Shown here: positions 17,725-19,508 of the stretch, one piece after another | Numbering within the stretch: position 1 is the stretch's first letter | Layout of the letters: each line of letters begins with the position of its first letter | Source: Candidatus Omnitrophota bacterium | Lineage (GTDB): Bacteria > Ratteibacteria > UBA8468 > MWAK01 | Direction of reading: 5' to 3' | DNA length: 19,508 nt | NCBI GenBank assembly: GCA_043826355.1 | Contig: JBDRQI010000022.1 | Coordinates: 1 to 19,508, forward strand | Program-made: the position numbers and the translations under genes | The notes under the pieces: model-generated | Told to the model about the DNA's origin: nothing | Databases searched by the model: none | The model's input: the letters and a program-made list of their open reading frames with translations, nothing else

Positions 17725-19137
17725 ATGGAAAATGAGTTTAAAGAACTACCCCCAGAGTACCGTCACTACCCAAAATCGCTTCGGCACAAAAGCGAAACCT
17801 CAGTTCTAATTGTCAAAAACAATGACCGGAAATATCTTGTTGTCAAAGGAAAAACAAGTAATTTTGAAGGAAAAAATCTGGCTGACGGGCTCAGGTTGTG
17901 TCCCCTGATCTCCCTTAACGCCAGGCTCATACGCGAGGCCTTTCCGGAACTTTCGCCGGTTGCCTGCAATCAAAACATCTCCTTCGGTTTCGGGGACCGG
18001 CTGGGTATCGCTACGCCGGCTCACGCCAAATCTGCCGCCGCCTATCCGGTCTTCCCAATCTTTGCCCAGCAGTCGGTCCGGGAAAACAGCCGGACTGGAA
18101 GAACGATGCAAAGCGTGATTGACGACGCCACCTGGGGCTGCCTGGAGTCAGGGTACCAAAATTCCTGGGGAGCGGACGCCGACCACCTCAAGGACCTTGC
18201 CCGCCTGAAAGAAGCGGCTGAATCAAACTATTCCATGTACACCATCGACCTTTCAGACCACATCAAAAACCCGGCCGCAATGTCGCCGGATGAAATAAAC
18301 AACCGCTACAAAAAGATACCCGGCGCCCCGGAGATTGAAAAATACTTTCAGGATAAAGAATACCGGATTAAATGTAACGTTTACCGTTTCACCCGGCCGG
18401 AGGTCAAAAAATCGATCATTACCTTTGCGGAAGGGTTGAATTTTACGGCTGAATGTTACCGCACCCTGAAGGGAACCCTGAAAGATTTTGATTTTGAGGT
18501 TTCGGTTGACGAAACAAAACTTCCCACCACGTTTTTAGACCACATCTTTATTGCGGAATATCTGCGCCGAAACAACGTTCGATTCACCAGCATTGCACCC
18601 CGCTTTCCCGGCGAATTTGAAAAAGCGATCGATTACATCGGAAATCCGGTTGAATTTGAGGAAAGTTTTCAAAAACACGCGGAAATCTGCCGGTTCTTCG
18701 GTAATTACCGGCTGAGCCTCCATTCCGGAAGCGACAAATTTTCCGTTTACCCTGTCATCAAAAAAAATTGCGATGCATTCCACGTAAAGACCGCCGGAAC
18801 CAGCTGGCTGCAAGCAATAAAAACCATCGCCGCAACCGAGCCATCACTCTACCGCCGGATTCACCAATGCAGCCTCCGGAATCTGGGAAAAGACCGGCAG
18901 TCCTATTCCGTCAGTCTAAACCCGACAAAGATACCTTCGATAAAAAAAGTTTCTGACGCCGACCTGACCGGCCTCTTCTCCCTGCCGGACAACCGGCAAC
19001 TAATCCACATCACTTACGGTTCCGTCCTGGCAGAGTTCCGGAATGAAATATACGAATCTCTCTTCCGGAACGAAACAGAGCACTGCCGCCAGGTAAAGGA
19101 ACATTTGGATAATCACTTGAAGTTGCTGTTTGATTAA
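17725..19137 (+). CDS. uxaE: Tagaturonate/fructuronate epimerase family protein
   Basis: Motifs SFGFGDRLGIATPAH, AQQSVRENSRTGR, GADADHLK, FEVSVDET, LSLHSGSDKF and HVKTAGTSWL. Start placed at MENEF (17725), after the palindromic intergenic region. Confidence 0.9.
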   Translation: MENEFKELPPEYRHYPKSLRHKSETSVLIVKNNDRKYLVVKGKTSNFEGKNLADGLRLCPLISLNARLIREAFPELSPVACNQNISFGFGDRLGIATPAHAKSAAAYPVFPIFAQQSVRENSRTGRTMQSVIDDATWGCLESGYQNSWGADADHLKDLARLKEAAESNYSMYTIDLSDHIKNPAAMSPDEINNRYKKIPGAPEIEKYFQDKEYRIKCNVYRFTRPEVKKSIITFAEGLNFTAECYRTLKGTLKDFDFEVSVDETKLPTTFLDHIFIAEYLRRNNVRFTSIAPRFPGEFEKAIDYIGNPVEFEESFQKHAEICRFFGNYRLSLHSGSDKFSVYPVIKKNCDAFHVKTAGTSWLQAIKTIAATEPSLYRRIHQCSLRNLGKDRQSYSVSLNPTKIPSIKKVSDADLTGLFSLPDNRQLIHITYGSVLAEFRNEIYESLFRNETEHCRQVKEHLDNHLKLLFD

Positions 19138-19170
19138 CATGTGGGAAATTACAAAAATGGAGGACTTGCC

Positions 19171-19508
19171 ATGGAGGCGAAAGTGACTCGTAATTTTTCG
19201 ATGGAACAGTACTGGAATAAACTTACCGAGGACTGGACGCCTCTCCTGAAGTTCCAGGGCAAGACCAGAGCCGACTGGACGGCCTGGCGCAAAGAAGCCC
19301 AACCCAAATTTATGGAACTGCTCGGCCCCTTCCCTAAGAAAGTACCGCTTCAGGCAGAGGTAGAATCCTCGGTAACCGACGGCGATTTAATCCGGGAACG
19401 GGTGGTCTTGAATTCCGAAGCATTTATGTCCGTGCCCTGCCAGCTCTTAAGGCCAAAAAAGATGAAACCGGACAAGAAGAACCCGGCCATTCTCTGCAGC
19501 CACGGCCA
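19171..19508 (+). CDS. Alpha/beta hydrolase (dienelactone hydrolase/acetyl esterase-like), 3'-partial
   Basis: Not in the ORF track. It reads MEAKVTRNFSMEQYW...WTAWRKEAQPKFMELLG...IRERVVLNSEAFMSVPCQLLRP...PAILCSHG to the window edge, after a GGAGG RBS. Confidence 0.8.
   Translation, partial: MEAKVTRNFSMEQYWNKLTEDWTPLLKFQGKTRADWTAWRKEAQPKFMELLGPFPKKVPLQAEVESSVTDGDLIRERVVLNSEAFMSVPCQLLRPKKMKPDKKNPAILCSHG

Overview
Bacterial chromosome window dominated by carbohydrate catabolism and housekeeping genes. The carbohydrate genes are a partial CBM9-like/GH42-like protein, a GH29 alpha-L-fucosidase, ThuA, a Gfo/Idh/MocA oxidoreductase, a UxaE epimerase and a partial alpha/beta hydrolase. The housekeeping genes are lpdA, a UDP-glucuronate decarboxylase-like SDR, an HhH-GPD glycosylase and a LOG-family protein. 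Two minus-strand tRNAs, Thr(CGT) at 3080-3151 and Val(CAC) at 9728-9801, both carry traces of tyrosine-integrase activity. tRNA-Val shows the most unusual structure. On its 5' side is a ~4.8 kb decayed island (broken integrase plus four cargo genes) bounded by a degenerate copy of the tRNA 5' half and upstream flank (14558-14632), rather than the usual 3' end. On its 3' side is a 130 bp structured module bounded by an 18 bp repeat of the T-loop and acceptor end. A GTGCCAGATT-core motif recurs 56-58 bp upstream of both tRNAs and near the far island end. All calls come from reading the sequence by eye; no searches were run.
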